This document shows positions 1 to 14,892 of a DNA stretch of 64,000 bases, piece after piece. The first letter of the stretch is position 1, and each line of letters starts with the position of its first letter. The notes under the pieces were generated by a model. The model searched no databases. It was not told where the DNA came from and saw only the letters and a program-made list of their open reading frames with translations. The position numbers and the translations under genes are program-made. Source of the stretch: the human T2T-CHM13v2.0 reference genome, Homo sapiens. The stretch lies in NCBI RefSeq assembly GCF_009914755.1, contig NC_060930.1. One strand, given 5' to 3'.

Positions 1-139
1 GTGCCACCACACCCAGCTAATTTTTGTATTTTTGTAGAGACGGGGTTTCAGGCTGGTCTCGAACTCCTGACCTCAGGTGATCCACCTGTCTCGGCCTCCC
101 AAAGTGCTGGGATGCAGGGGTGAGCCACCACACCTGGCC
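1..139 (-). mobile_element. Alu, cut by the window start
   Basis: Alu left arm, reverse complement. Confidence 0.9.
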
Positions 140-658
140 TAAGACAATTGATTTCGGTAATGATTGTCAGAAGTGTAGGAAAAGATGGGCGTCCTGTTGC
201 TTTAAGAACTTTAACATATTAATACTAATTCTATTTCTTAATTTCTTGTTCATAGATGTGTTTTTGCTTAAAGTCTTTAAGGGAAAACCAAACAAATATT
301 CCTAATTGTCTTCAAGCAAAGATGTATTTCTCTTTCTACTCATCATTTCTATTTTTAACAGAATTCCTGTTCCAAGTTTCTTTTTCTGGGAAGAGCTGCC
401 ACCTCCTGCCCCTTCCTAGGCCCAGCTGGCCCATCTCCTCACTATGAGAAAGCTCACAGCTCTCCCCCTTTCAGGAGGAGGTAGCAAAACAATAGAGGGG
501 ACTGAACAGGCGCATGTATCATCTGTCACAGCTTAACAAGAAGGCCATTCCTGACATTTTTTACCAATGGTTTATGTACTGCAAGTATTATAGTTGGTAA
601 ATGAGGCTGAAACCACCCGATATTTTATTCTTTTACTCAGGCATCTCAGAGCCGTTAA

Positions 659-1171
<513 letters not shown>

Positions 1172-1475
1172 TAGACTGTATGGACCCAGGGAAAACTCTA
1201 TCTCCATAGTAAGAGCTTTTGTATCCAGCCTAATGCAGTGGCCGGAGACCACCATTCCCCAGATCCTGTTTCTTTGGCTGTAACTTCCTCCTCCCTAGGT
1301 GTTCACAGAGAAAGAAGAGAAAAGAGATTCACTTAAGATTGGACTTCTGATACTTTTATCTATAGGCTACAGCAGGACATTTTATTATACCCTGTTCAGT
1401 GGCTTATTTGGAAGAAAGATAAAGGGCTTCTTTCATTTGCAGTGTGTTCTTCTGTACTCTCACAGTACTTTGTAA

Positions 1476-1878
<403 letters not shown>

Positions 1879-2654
1879 TTAACCAATATCTTATCAGTCA
1901 CAATGTTCTGTAAGGGCACTCTTTGTGCAAAGGACAATGGCTGGAAAATCAAACCCATGTTTTTTCTTAGAGCTTGGGCCCTAGCAAGAACAAAATGAGC
2001 CAGCCTGAGCACATGGAAATCTACGATCTGGATTAACTAGGCCAAAAGTAGGCCTGTCTCCTGTCACCACAAACCCCCAGAGATGCCTTTCAACCTTTCA
2101 TCTTGGCTTGAAGAAGTCCAGTCCAGGGGGTACCAAACCTCAGAACAGCCCTGCCCAGGCCTCTGCAGATGGGGCCTGCTAGAGCTGGCCCTGGCTTGGT
2201 TTTACCTCACCAGCCACCTAGGAAGGAAAATCAGAGGAGAGAAGCCAATGGGTCCTTCTCTGCAGAGGGAGCAGCCCAGCTGTCTCCATGCTACAGCCAA
2301 AAGGAAGAGGAGACAGATGGGTCCCCATGTACTCATTGACTTTAACTCACTCATGCCACAGTGGATGAGAAAGCATCCTTCCTGGGAGCTGGTGAAACAG
2401 CAGCTTCCTCCTTAAGGTGGGAAGTGACGAAGAGAGAGGAGCCCCAGACTTCCTTCCACTGAAAGCCCACATGGCTGATCAGTCACTTCAACCATGCTGT
2501 CACCCTGGACTCCATGCTTTCTATTATTCTCCACATCCCATTAAATACCTCTCCTCTCCACCTGACTCAGGGTTAGGAGTTGGTCTGCACATACCTGTCT
2601 GCTGCATGCATCACCTAACCAGCCTCCCCAGCAGCTTTATAGCTTCTCTCCTAT

Positions 2655-2978
<324 letters not shown>

Positions 2979-3757
2979 TGATGATGGAACCATCTTTAAT
3001 CTCACCACACGCTTCAGTGGTTACCACCAGCTATGTAGCGTGGAAGATTCTGCATGACCTGTCCCGGCCCCCATTTAGCCTCATCTAGCAGTGCAGCCCC
3101 ACCCTCAAGGGTCTGTGTGTTTAGGCGCACGCCCTGCTCTGTCCAGCTGGTCTCAACCCTGACATCTGGCTGGCCTGAAATCTAGCCCTTTTCAACTCCT
3201 TTTAGTGTCCTTTTTGTTACCCTGTGCCTTTGTTTACCCATTTCTGGCCTCCTAGATGTTGTCTTCTTCCTCCTTTCGCTGTGTTGAAACTCCATCCTTC
3301 AAGATTCAGCTCCACCCTCACCTTCCCTGTGAAGCCTCTCCCCTCCCTGGAACGGACCACTTCCGCCTTTCCTGCCCTCTCTTGTGAACTGAATCTCTAT
3401 CAGTCTTGCTGCCAAAACACTATTCTATTTATTTGTTTACACTTGGCTCTTCAACTATACCGGGAGCTTGCTGGGGGAAGGGATCATGTTTTATGCATTT
3501 TTTTTTAATTCTTATCCTGTAAAACAGCACTTGGCACACATTATTACATCCTCAAAATAAAAAGATGGGAGGAAGGCTTGTATAAATGAATGTTAATGTG
3601 CTTTTAAACTGTAAATTACTATACACATGTAAGTTATTCTAGTTTCAGAGGCATCCCAACGTAATACATGAAATTTGAAAGGCAAATTTTTGGGTAAACA
3701 GACTACTTTCTAGAAAGGGTAGAGGGATTGGAGAAATGAAAAAAGATTATTTCTCAG

Positions 3758-4055
3758 GGCCAGGTGCAGTGGCTTACATCTGTAATCCCAGCATTTTGGG
3801 AGGCCAAGGCAAGTGGATCACCTGAGGTCAGGAGTTTGAGACCAGCCTAGCCAACATGGTGAAACCCCGTCTCTGCTAAAAATACAAAAATTACCCAGGC
3901 ATGATGGCACGTGCCTGCAATCTCAGCTACTCGAGGGGGCTGAGTCAGGAGAATCGCTTGAACTTGGGAGGTGGAGGTCGTAGTGAGCCGAGATTGTGCC
4001 ACTGCACTCCAGCTTGGGTGACAGAGTGAGACTCTGTCTCAAAGAAAAAAAAAAA
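3758..4055 (+). mobile_element. Alu (S-type)
   Basis: ggccagg start, A tail. Confidence 0.92.
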
Positions 4056-7000
4056 TTTAATGTGATATCAGAAGAAGAAGGGAAGTGCAGGAGCTATTAA
4101 CTAACCTATTTCCGGGCATCTCATAGAAATAAGGTAAGCTCTGAAGGGCGCTGAATTTGCCTTCAGTCTCAGTTCTTCTTTCTATAGCATGTCCCTGCTG
4201 GATGGTTATGTAGATCAGAGCTTCTCAAACTATCCATGGTGAGGGGCAAGTGTGTGTGTTTTCTTTCCATCTATCACACACCGATTCTTTTGTAAAATAC
4301 AATTTAAAAAAGAATACTAGAAAAGTTAGAAGAAGAATAAGATGTACAAAGTACAAGCACAAATTTATTATTAGATTGATATTAAATCATTCTGTAAACT
4401 AGTTTCTGCATGCTTACTTGATGTCTGTACTTATCTCCTTGTAGATCAGCAGCAAACAGTTTGCAAATTGGCTCCTGCCCACTTCCCATACTTTGAATAG
4501 GACCAAGTCAGATCTACTTGGATATCTACTTGGATATTTTCAATAACACATATTACAAGGAATGAAAAAGTTAATTAGAGGAGGCTGCTCGTGTGCAAAT
4601 CTTATAATGGTAGAGATCTTAAGGACATAAACTGATTAGAAAGTAAATAGGAGAAATTTTAAATCACAGAACATCATTCAAATGGTGAAAAGCCCTTTTT
4701 TGTGTGTACTCTCTGCTCCTTCCCTCACCAAACTAGGGTAAATTCTTTGATCCTCTTGGAGAATAATTGTTTTCAGTGCAAAAGTTTTAAATTGATCCTT
4801 CATAGTTGTTAACAGCAGGGTAACCATAGGTGCTGACATCAAGCCAATAAAATTAATAAGCATGACAGGCTCTAATAAATTTCGTTGGTGTCCTTACACT
4901 GTCATTTCGGGCGCAGAATGAACTGTTATTATCACTGAGCTTCAAACCACTCATTTGGCTACAGATGATTACAGCTGTGAATGCAGGGCATGCTGCCTTA
5001 GTTTTCAGGAGCTAGTCTAGGGTTAAAGTATTAGATTTAAAAGATGTACTTATGATCAGTGGGGGGGAACAAGTTATGACCATACAACTTTGATCTGTTT
5101 TCTAGAGTGGTCTACAAAAATGTGGACTCCTCACGATCTGTTTTCTCAATAATTTCTGAAAACAAGCAACTTTTAAAATTTAGTTTCTCTGCCATGGACT
5201 CTGAGGTTTTTGAAACTCTTTGAGCTGGCGATGGGCCATCAGTTGTTGGATGCTGGCCATGGTTCTTTGTCTGTAACCCCAGATGAAATTCTTTAAGCCC
5301 CTTAACTCAACCTTTCTCTCACATGAAGAATTTAGTATCAGGTTTCTGCAAATGAGCAAGCTTCGCTCTTGAAGTGAGAGAAAGGATTGTTCATTCTCTC
5401 TTTAAGCCCCACTGCAGAGCCTCTGAATTCAGCCAGGTGAATGTGGCTTGCACCCTCCACCCCTGCCCCGCCCCTCATCCTGCCATGCTGTGTGTGGCTC
5501 ATGCCCATCCACATCCTTCTGTTTTACCTTCTTAATTTTGTGTACAATATGCCCTCCAAAATGTCCAGCAAAGTCTTAAGCTGCTATTAAATACAGACAT
5601 TCACTGCACATTGAGTATTAGTCCATCCTTTTGGACCATGTGTAATTTAACAGAAATATCAATGAATATATTTCTTTATTTTGAGGGAGTGTAGGTTTTA
5701 TGTGTTGTTCAAAATGTACCATTCTTTCAATTCTGGCCTCCATTTGTTTTTCTTTTTTGGGCCTTTTTTGGGCCTGTCTGTCCTATGCAGGTACTCAAGC
5801 TCTTATGATTGTTCCATTTATAACAGTAAGGAGAATAGGCCAAGCTATTTGGGGATTTTAATGCCAACTACTTTTAAATCTTTTGAATCTAGTTTCTTAC
5901 CGAGGTGACTACTTTCTTAAGAAGAAAAGTTGTTACCACAAAGCTTGTTTTGAAAAAAGGTTTATGTACATTGGTTTATGCATGACAATGATTTTAGTAT
6001 GAAAGCACTAGAACGAAACCTAATTTGATGCAAACTGTGAAATGTGCCACTTGAGAAAGTTAATGATGAAAGCCTTGCCTATTTTGCATTGGAGGAACCT
6101 AAAGAACATGAGAGAATGAAGGTGGATTAATAAAAGGCGTAAGAAACAATTATCTAATGGATCTTACATTTCAGCTTCTCCTTTCTCTAGCTGCATCTAA
6201 ACACGACAGTGTTTGCTGTTGGACATTGGAATGCGGCTGCGGTGCTGGGATTTTCATGGTCTGCTTGGCTTTTCACAGGGTTACTTCCTCTAAATGCTGC
6301 AGATCGCCATGTTACGTTTGGGAGGGAGCCACACTTCATTGTTCAGCCTAGGGCAAGGACTGTATTTACTTTTTATTTTACGTTATTTCAGCTGTTTTCA
6401 CTTTTTTCTGTATTGTTTTCCTGCCTCCTACAGAATCCTTTTTCAAGTCTTGCTAGGGAAAGGGGAACACTCAGTTATGAACTCTTTAGCACACAAGGGG
6501 CAGAAAGCAGCTTTCCTCTTTCTCAACAGTTCAAATAACTTCTAAGCTATGTCAGTTTAACCCACTATGGGTCTCAATCCACAGCAGATCTGTTTGGGAG
6601 CTGTTTCTATGTTAAAACATACAAAATCAATTGAGAGTTTTCTGTGGCTAATTAACACAGCATAGTAAGTTATATGCTTATTTTTTTCACTTAAAAAAAT
6701 AAGTTGGTATTTGAAAAAGAATTTGGTTCTATAGTTTTAACAACAGATAGTTTTGTGACTTAAGGTTATGTTTAAAACAAATTCTGTCAGTTCAGAATTT
6801 TTATTTCTGGTTTTTCACTATATGAATTTTAGAGTATGTTTTAATCATACAAATCAGTCAAAGAAAAAGCAGACGATGTGGTTATACCAAAACTGACGTT
6901 ATTGGCACTATGGTCATTGTAGCCCCATCTGGGGAAGCTCTAATATATTTAGGGAGTAGACAGAATGTATACCACACTCTTTCTCTTTCCTAAAACTCTT

Positions 7001-7181
7001 CGTTCTATAAATAGGTGAGTATTAGGGCCAGTAATAAGAGAGCAACTGTGTACTCTCAGAGTTAATGAGCACACTAGTAAAATAATTACTTGAAACAGAT
7101 ATGAAAGATGCACTGGGCATAATTAAAGATGACTTGGAAAGGACAGGAGTGTTTAAGGCATCCTTCTCATTGATCTCACAG

Positions 7182-7282
7182 GATTACCTTGACTGCATCA
7201 GGGACCAAACAAAACTTCCCCTGGGGACCGAAGAAAGATCAGCCCTTTTTGGAAACATACAGGATATCTACCACTTCAATAG
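7182..7282 (+). CDS. PLEKHG1: PLEKHG1 coding exon, 101 nt, DH domain ([33 protein letters not shown]+ag); phase 0 to 2
   Basis: ctcacag acceptor ends 7181; AG|gtaagt donor at 7283; DH motif LFGNIQDIY. Confidence 0.95.
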
Positions 7283-7843
7283 GTAAGTTAATATTCAAAA
7301 GATTGTTCTCACATACGAGCATTATGAAAATTTCTCAAATGAATGCAGCCTAAGAAACTTTACCTGTAACCCCTGACTCAGCTTCATATATTTTTGTGGG
7401 CTGTTGTGCCAAGAAGCTTTCTGCTTGGAAGTATCCTTATTTCCTTATGAGTCTCACATGTATTCCATATTCTCTCTCTCTCCATCCTCCTGGCTCAGAG
7501 AAGAAACCTATTTGCCCTGGTGGGGCAATGACATCTTTTCTTCCACAATATGACATGAACATGACATCCAAGAATATGTACTTGCTTAGTCTCCAGGATC
7601 CCCAGCTACACTGAATTTTCTATAACTTTTCTTCTACCTGGGGAGTGGGCTGGACACAGTAAACACACAATACATACTTCAAGTCATAACATATTAATTC
7701 AATTGAATTGATAATTTTAAATAATCAGTTTAATTAAAAATGTAAGTATGTAGCAGACACTGGGCTAGAAAATTAAAATAGTAAACAAGACAGAGAGTGA
7801 ATGAATAAGTTATTATATTAATACTTCTTGAAAGTAAAGTTAG

Positions 7844-8170
7844 GGCCAGACATGGTGGCTCACACCTGTAATCCCAGCACTTTGGTAGGCCGAGGTGGAC
7901 AGATCACTTGAGGTTAGGAGTTCGAGACCAGCCTGGCCAATATGGTGAAACCCCATCTCTACTAAAAATACAAAAATTAGCCAGGTATGGTGGTGCACAC
8001 CTGTAACCCCAGCTACCCAGGAGGCTGAGACAGGAGAATTGCTCGAACCCAGGAGGTGGAAGTTGAGTGAGCCAAGACTGCACCACTGCAATCTGTCCAG
8101 CCAGGGTGACAGAGCAAGACTCCATCTCAAAAAAAAAAAAAAAAAAAGAAAGAAAAAAGAAAAAGAAAAA
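7844..8170 (+). mobile_element. Alu (S-type)
   Basis: full dimer, A tail. Confidence 0.92.
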
Positions 8171-9007
8171 CATAAGTTCGTAGACTGGTTAACAGCACAG
8201 AAGCTGCTGTTCAACATACATGAGTTTGCATCCCAGCAAAGCCCCCTGTATGTGTTGAGTGAATCTTTAAATGGAATGAAACTAACTAACCCCTGTATGT
8301 CAAGTCTTTACTCAAATCCTTCTTCTCGCTGAGGCTCCCTGAGTATCCACACATACCTTACCTCCTCCACTTTTCCTTTTTCTCATGGCACTCGTCAATT
8401 TTTAACATACTATATGATCGACTTTTATATTATGCCTGTTGTTCCTTTCCTCTCCACCCTGACTCACAAAACATTTGCTCCACAAGGACAGGAGTCTGTT
8501 TTGTTATTGTCTATATGTCTAAAATGGTGTCAGGCCCATAGGAGGCATCCAAACTTGTATTGAAGGAAAGAATGGAAATAATAGGAAAATCTCCCTCATA
8601 TGGTTACAGTGAAGCTCCCGTGAACTGATAAACCTAAAGTGCCGGCACAGAGGAAGTACCAAAATATAAGCCTACGATGCTCTTGATTTTGCGATAGTGA
8701 AATCCCATTATAAAATTCTGCAATGCCCTGTCATTTTGTGACTCAGCTATAAATGCAAACTCAGTCCTACCCATCTTGGCTTACTAAAATTGGTAAATGT
8801 GAGCTCCTTGAGGGCAGGATTCACATATCCTTTGCCATCCTTGAATCCCAACACCTAGCACAAGCCTGACCTCTGGGAGAAATGTTCCTTGACTTGAAAT
8901 AGCTTATCCTTTAATTCTGAAAGCCTAGGATGTAGGAAGTGTCAGTGTTACAACAGAACTTTTTTCATTTGACTCAGACTTTGAAAAACAGTTTGTGTAT
9001 TTTGCAT

Positions 9008-9164
9008 CAGTATTTCTCAACCTGGGCTACCCACTGGAATCACCTGGGAAGCTGGATCCTACCTTCAGAAATTCTGACTCGTTGGTCGAGGTGGGGCCAG
9101 AACATCAGAATTTTTCAAAGGTCTTCAGGTGTTTGGAATGTGCAGCCATGGTTGAGATACACAG
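9008..9164. mobile_element. MER5-family hAT MITE
   Basis: cagtatttctcaacctggg ... gaatcacctggga ... ggttgagatacacag followed by tctaga. Confidence 0.7.
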
Positions 9165-9652
9165 TCTAGATAAAATGAAAGAAAAAGAAAATAGAGAAAG
9201 GGCATAGAAACTGAATTAGAGAATCCAGAGTCTACATGTTCATTAGTAATGTGCTGGTGTGAAAGCCAGCCCTCATTGTGCAATCGCTGATGATAAAATC
9301 CTGTGAGCCCCTGCACAGTTTCTCCTTCCAGAGTCCACTAATGGTCCTGTAACCCAGAAAGAGGCAAGAGGGCTAGATCCTGGGAGGCCCCTGGCCTAGG
9401 TCTTCTGTGGTTTGGCTGTGAGTTGATGGTAGGGCATATTTATAGAGTGCTTGCTCCATGCCAGAGGCCGTAGAGCTTTAGATACATTTTCATTTCATAT
9501 GCATTATCTCAGCCTCTCTGACTCCAAACCCCAGGCATTCAGCCACGTGCCCTCCTGCCAGAGTGGAGCCCTGCTTCTCTGGTTCATGAAGTTGTGGCTT
9601 ACTCCAGGAGGGGCTCTTAATCGCTAGAGTTTAAATCTTTACGTGTCTCCTA

Positions 9653-10070
<418 letters not shown>

Positions 10071-10083
10071 TCACATCTCTGTT

Positions 10084-10190
10084 CTTTTCTTTTTTCTTTT
10101 TTCTTTTGAGGCAGAGTTTCACTGTGTCGCCCAGGCTGGAGTGCAGTGGCGCAGTCTCGGCTCATTGCAACCTCCGCCTCCCGGGTTCAA
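10084..10190 (-). mobile_element. Truncated Alu (3-prime end of right arm only)
   Basis: poly-T plus about 85 bp, ending at cccgggttcaa. Confidence 0.88.
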
Positions 10191-10613
10191 CAAATCAATA
10201 GGTGTATCGATTTCAAAGATACACCTATCTGGCAAATCTGTGGTTGGGGCTTGAAATAATAACTTTCAGCTCCTATTAGTTCAGGTCCAAGTTTTTCAAA
10301 ATAATGTATTGTGGCCAACTAGGCAAGACTTAAATCTAAAATTAAAGAGGGCATAAAGAAATGGTATTATGCTGGCCTGAAAAATTCAACTGACTAGGTT
10401 TCTTTTTTCAGTAAAGATTTCCAAAATACAGAAAACCACAGAAAGACATTCTGTCAAAGAGTCAGGCGTGGCTCATGGGAGTTTGTCATATTACTCCTTT
10501 CTTTGTGTCTTATTTGCTTTAACATTTGTTTGAAGCATAAAGATATTATAAACAATATTGAATCCAGTTATATACCCTTCCCCAGTCACATTCTGCTCTG
10601 TGGAGAATGGCAC

Positions 10614-10820
10614 CCTGATGTGTTGGTAAACCAGTTCTCCAGCATGGGGAAAGGGGAGGGAGGATCTGGAATTTATAATGTTTTTTGATTTCTGTGGTAT
10701 AAACACTCCCATCACAGCAGATTTCAAGTTACTAACACAACATCACTGAACATGGAATTAAGAAGAGATGTGCAGAATTGGCTCAGGGAAGCCAGTGTAA
10801 CCTGGCTTAGTACACAACTG
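10614..10820 (-). mobile_element. MER63-like hAT-Blackjack element
   Basis: gtgttggtaaaccagttctcc ... aacactcccatc ... gatttcaagttactaac ... tacacaactg. Confidence 0.6.
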
Positions 10821-10918
10821 TGCTGGAACTGCCATCCAAAACTTGTTGTTTCTTTCCCAAGCATGGTTTTGTTGCCATTACTATATATACAAGTATTTAT
10901 TTAAAATGTGTAACATGC

Positions 10919-11170
10919 TGTGGGAGGCCCAGGTGGGAGGACTGCTTGAGCCAAGGAGTTTGAGACCAGCCTGGGCAACGTGGCGAAATCCCATCTCTAC
11001 AAAAAATCAAAAAATTAGCAGGACATGATGGCACATGCCTGTGGTCCTACTGCACAAGAGACTGAGACAGGAGGATCGCTTGAGCCCAGGAGTTTGAGAC
11101 TGCAGTGAGCTATGATGGCACCACTGCTCTCCAGCCTGGGCAACAGAGTGAGACCCTGTCTCAAAAAATA
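10919..11170 (+). mobile_element. AluJ-type, 5-prime truncated
   Basis: gcttgagcccaggagtttgag J-type features. Confidence 0.85.
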
Positions 11171-11795
11171 AGTCATATGCTTTCACCTATTTCAAACATG
11201 GCATACATGGTGTCAGCTTACAGGTTATTTTCACTCAACATTGTTTTTGGGATTTATAGCTCTAGTTCATTTAACTGCTGTGTATATTATCCATTGGTGA
11301 TGATCTATCTCTGTATTTTGCCAATTGCGTTAAGATTGAGCATCTTTTCTTATTGGCCATTTTGATTTCCTCTGCAGTTTTCTGGCTCATATCCATTGCC
11401 CATTCTATTAGGATATTTCTTTTTCTTATTGTTGTATAGGAGTTCTTGATGAATTCTGGCCAGTGATCTTTGCAGATTATGTGAGATGTAAATATCTCCT
11501 ACCGTGAGACATGCCTTTTAACTTTAATTATGGTTTATTTGAAAATAAATTGTATAACGTGTAAGTTTGACTAAGTATACTTTTTATAGTGCGTAGGTTT
11601 TGTGTTGTGTTTTTTTAAAAAGTCCTTTCAATCTCAGGTCATAAATATACTCTATTTTTTTCTAAAAGTCTTAAAATTTTGTCTTTCACATTTGTCCTTA
11701 ATGTGCCTAACATTGATGGAGGCATGGTGTATAGTAAGGAGATCTAAACTCTTATTTTCATATGGCTAGCCACTGATTTGAAAAGTACTTCTCTC

Positions 11796-12104
<309 letters not shown>

Positions 12105-13075
12105 TTACACGGATGTGTGGGTCTGTGTTCTCTTTCACTGGCCCACCCATTCTTGTCCCATACCACACTCCTCTGATGATCAAGCCCACATACATTGCTC
12201 TTCTTCAACACTGGCTTAGATTTTCTTGACTCTGCCCTGTCAAGGAATTTTTTTTTTAATTTGTCATTTCTTTGAACTACTCTATTGGGATTTTTATTGA
12301 AATTGCATTAAATTTTATAGATTAATTTCAACAGAATTGACATCTTTACATTACTGTCATCCCATCCATAAACATGTCTTCAAGCAAGCTTTTAAAATTT
12401 CCTTTAATATTTTCTAATTTCTCCATCAGATTCATACATGTAACTTTTATGTTTTTTTAAATACATGTAACTTTTAAAACTTTATTCCTAGATACTTACA
12501 GCTTTTGATGTTATTTGGACTAGAACATTTTCTCTATTGTTTAAATTGGATATTATCCTCATCTAGCAATGCTTTTGATTTTTATATGTCAATACTGTAA
12601 CAAACTTTCTCAACTTTCCTGTTCTAAGAGTGGTTCATAGATCTCTTGGATTTCTGTGTAGACAATGATGTCTGAAAATGAGGAAGCTTTTTTGTCATCT
12701 TTTACAGTTCTTCTACCCTTTATTATCTTTTTCATGTCTTATTGCTTTGGGTAAGTCTTCCTATACAATATTGTTTAGACATTGGCGTCCTTATCTTCTT
12801 TTTGGCATTAGCAGGAATGTTTTACCCTTAAGTGTGATGTTTGCTATGGATTTAGACAAACACTTTTTTCCTCTTTTGCTAAAATTTTATTGTGAATATT
12901 GAGTTTTATTCATTGCTTAGTATGCCTTTAATAAAGTTAGCATATGATTTTACTCTTTCTATTCATAATGTGGTAAATATTAATAGGGGACCTGATTTGA
13001 ATCATATGTAACATTACTAGAATAAACCCTACCCAGTCACAATGTTTTGTCTATTTAGGCACTGATTAGTTTGAA

Positions 13076-13372
13076 TTTTTTTTTTTTTTTTTTTTTTTTT
13101 TTGAGACACAGTCTCACTCTGTCATTCAGGCTGGAGGGCAATGGCACGATCTTGGGTCACTGCAGCCTCCATCTCCCGGGTTAAGCGATTCTCCTGCCTC
13201 AGCCTCCCAAGTAGCTGGGACTACAGGCACAGGCCACCACGCCCAGCTGATTTTTGTGTTTTTGTAGAGACGGGGTTTCACTGTGTTGGCCAGGCTGGTC
13301 ACGAACTCCTTAATCCACCCACCTCAGCCTCCCAAAGTGCTGGGATTACAGGGGGGAGCCACTGTGCCATCC
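13076..13372 (-). mobile_element. Alu
   Basis: poly-T plus dimer. Confidence 0.9.
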
Positions 13373-14892
13373 CAATTTATTTATATTTTTAAAAGAATTT
13401 TTAAAAATTCTTTTTTAAAATTAAAAAAAATTTTTTTTCAGACATGTTCATAAATGACAATAGTATATAATTTCTTTCCTTGTCCTGTCTTTGTTCAGTA
13501 TTGGTATATGACTAGATTTAAATTGCTGTTTCACAAAATCTTCCATCATGAAATGTTTTGGAATACAATTGAAATTTTATTTTTGTGTTCTTTTTGATAC
13601 CCAAATATCTCTTTCTCTTACAATCCCTATGATAACCTAGAAATTTAAGTCTCTGATTTGGTGTCTGGAATAAACAACCACAAGGTCAGGAAACTGGGTT
13701 AGTCAAAAGAAACCACTTTCCTCATTTGAACCAGCCCCCTAAAATCCAACAGCGTGTTTTACTGCAAACCAAAAAAGAAATGCCAAGTTTTAAAAAGAAA
13801 GTACCCCTCTCTTGGAATACAGAAACGTTACCTAAACAGTAATTTGAGCCTTTCTTTAAGAATGAAGAGTGAGGAAATAAAGATCATTCCTCCATATTGA
13901 ATGTCTGATTTTAGACATTCAATTGTTTCTTAGGAGATTAAAATCATCTAAGCTCTCTCCTTCCCTCAGAAGATCAGAGTAAAACTTTCCTTTTTCCTTC
14001 AACTCTTTTCTTTATTCAGTATACCTATGTTGAGTCATTACTCTGTATGAAACCCTGGACTAGTCTAATAGTGTAAGGATGAATGACACCATTGTACAAC
14101 AGAGGCAATAAGCCACATAATCAAGGAAGGAACAGAATGCTTTGTGAATGCTGAGGAATGTGCAATTAATTTTGTCTGAGGGGGACTTTACAGAGCAACT
14201 AACACATGTCTGAAGACAAAAGAAATTCTTTGGGCCACGCTTTTTCTTCTCCTTGCAATGTAATTTAAGTAGTGAAATCATGGGATTCGTACAACAGCAA
14301 GGCAAAGGAAGGTGGAATCGTTTTCTTTTTTAGTGCATTTTCATACCACCAAAATGTCTGACTTCTGCACAATGGTAGAGATATTTTTACCCACGCTTTT
14401 TTCAACTGGACTTTTCCAGGCCAGTGCCTGGAAAGTATGAGTGAAATTATTGGAGTAATTTCTCTTCCATGCATATGTGTCTCTGTGGATGCAGTGGGTT
14501 AAAATGCCAGCTGATTAGGCAACGGGAAAGGGAAGTGCTGCTCAGACCGGAAGGGGAGGGGCCGCATCCTCGAATCTCTCTCAGTGTAAAGCAATAGAAG
14601 GTTCAAGGTCATAATACAATTCCTGCCTCAAAGTTCGCATCAGGGGTCAGAAAAGCTTCACATGGGATATGTTCTGTAAAAGAGAACAGTGTTTCCTCTC
14701 ATTTCCCACCCAACTAAGGGACCTGAGCTCAAGTAGGAAATTTTATAATTGTTTTAACCGTCCTACTCAAAAAGAAGAAAATATTTAAAATACTCAAGGA
14801 AACGAGAAAAGATCCAAATCCTGAAGGCAAGATGACTCTAATTTAGCTTAGAATACAAAACACAATCTGTGAGTTATTTCTTACTCCTAGTG

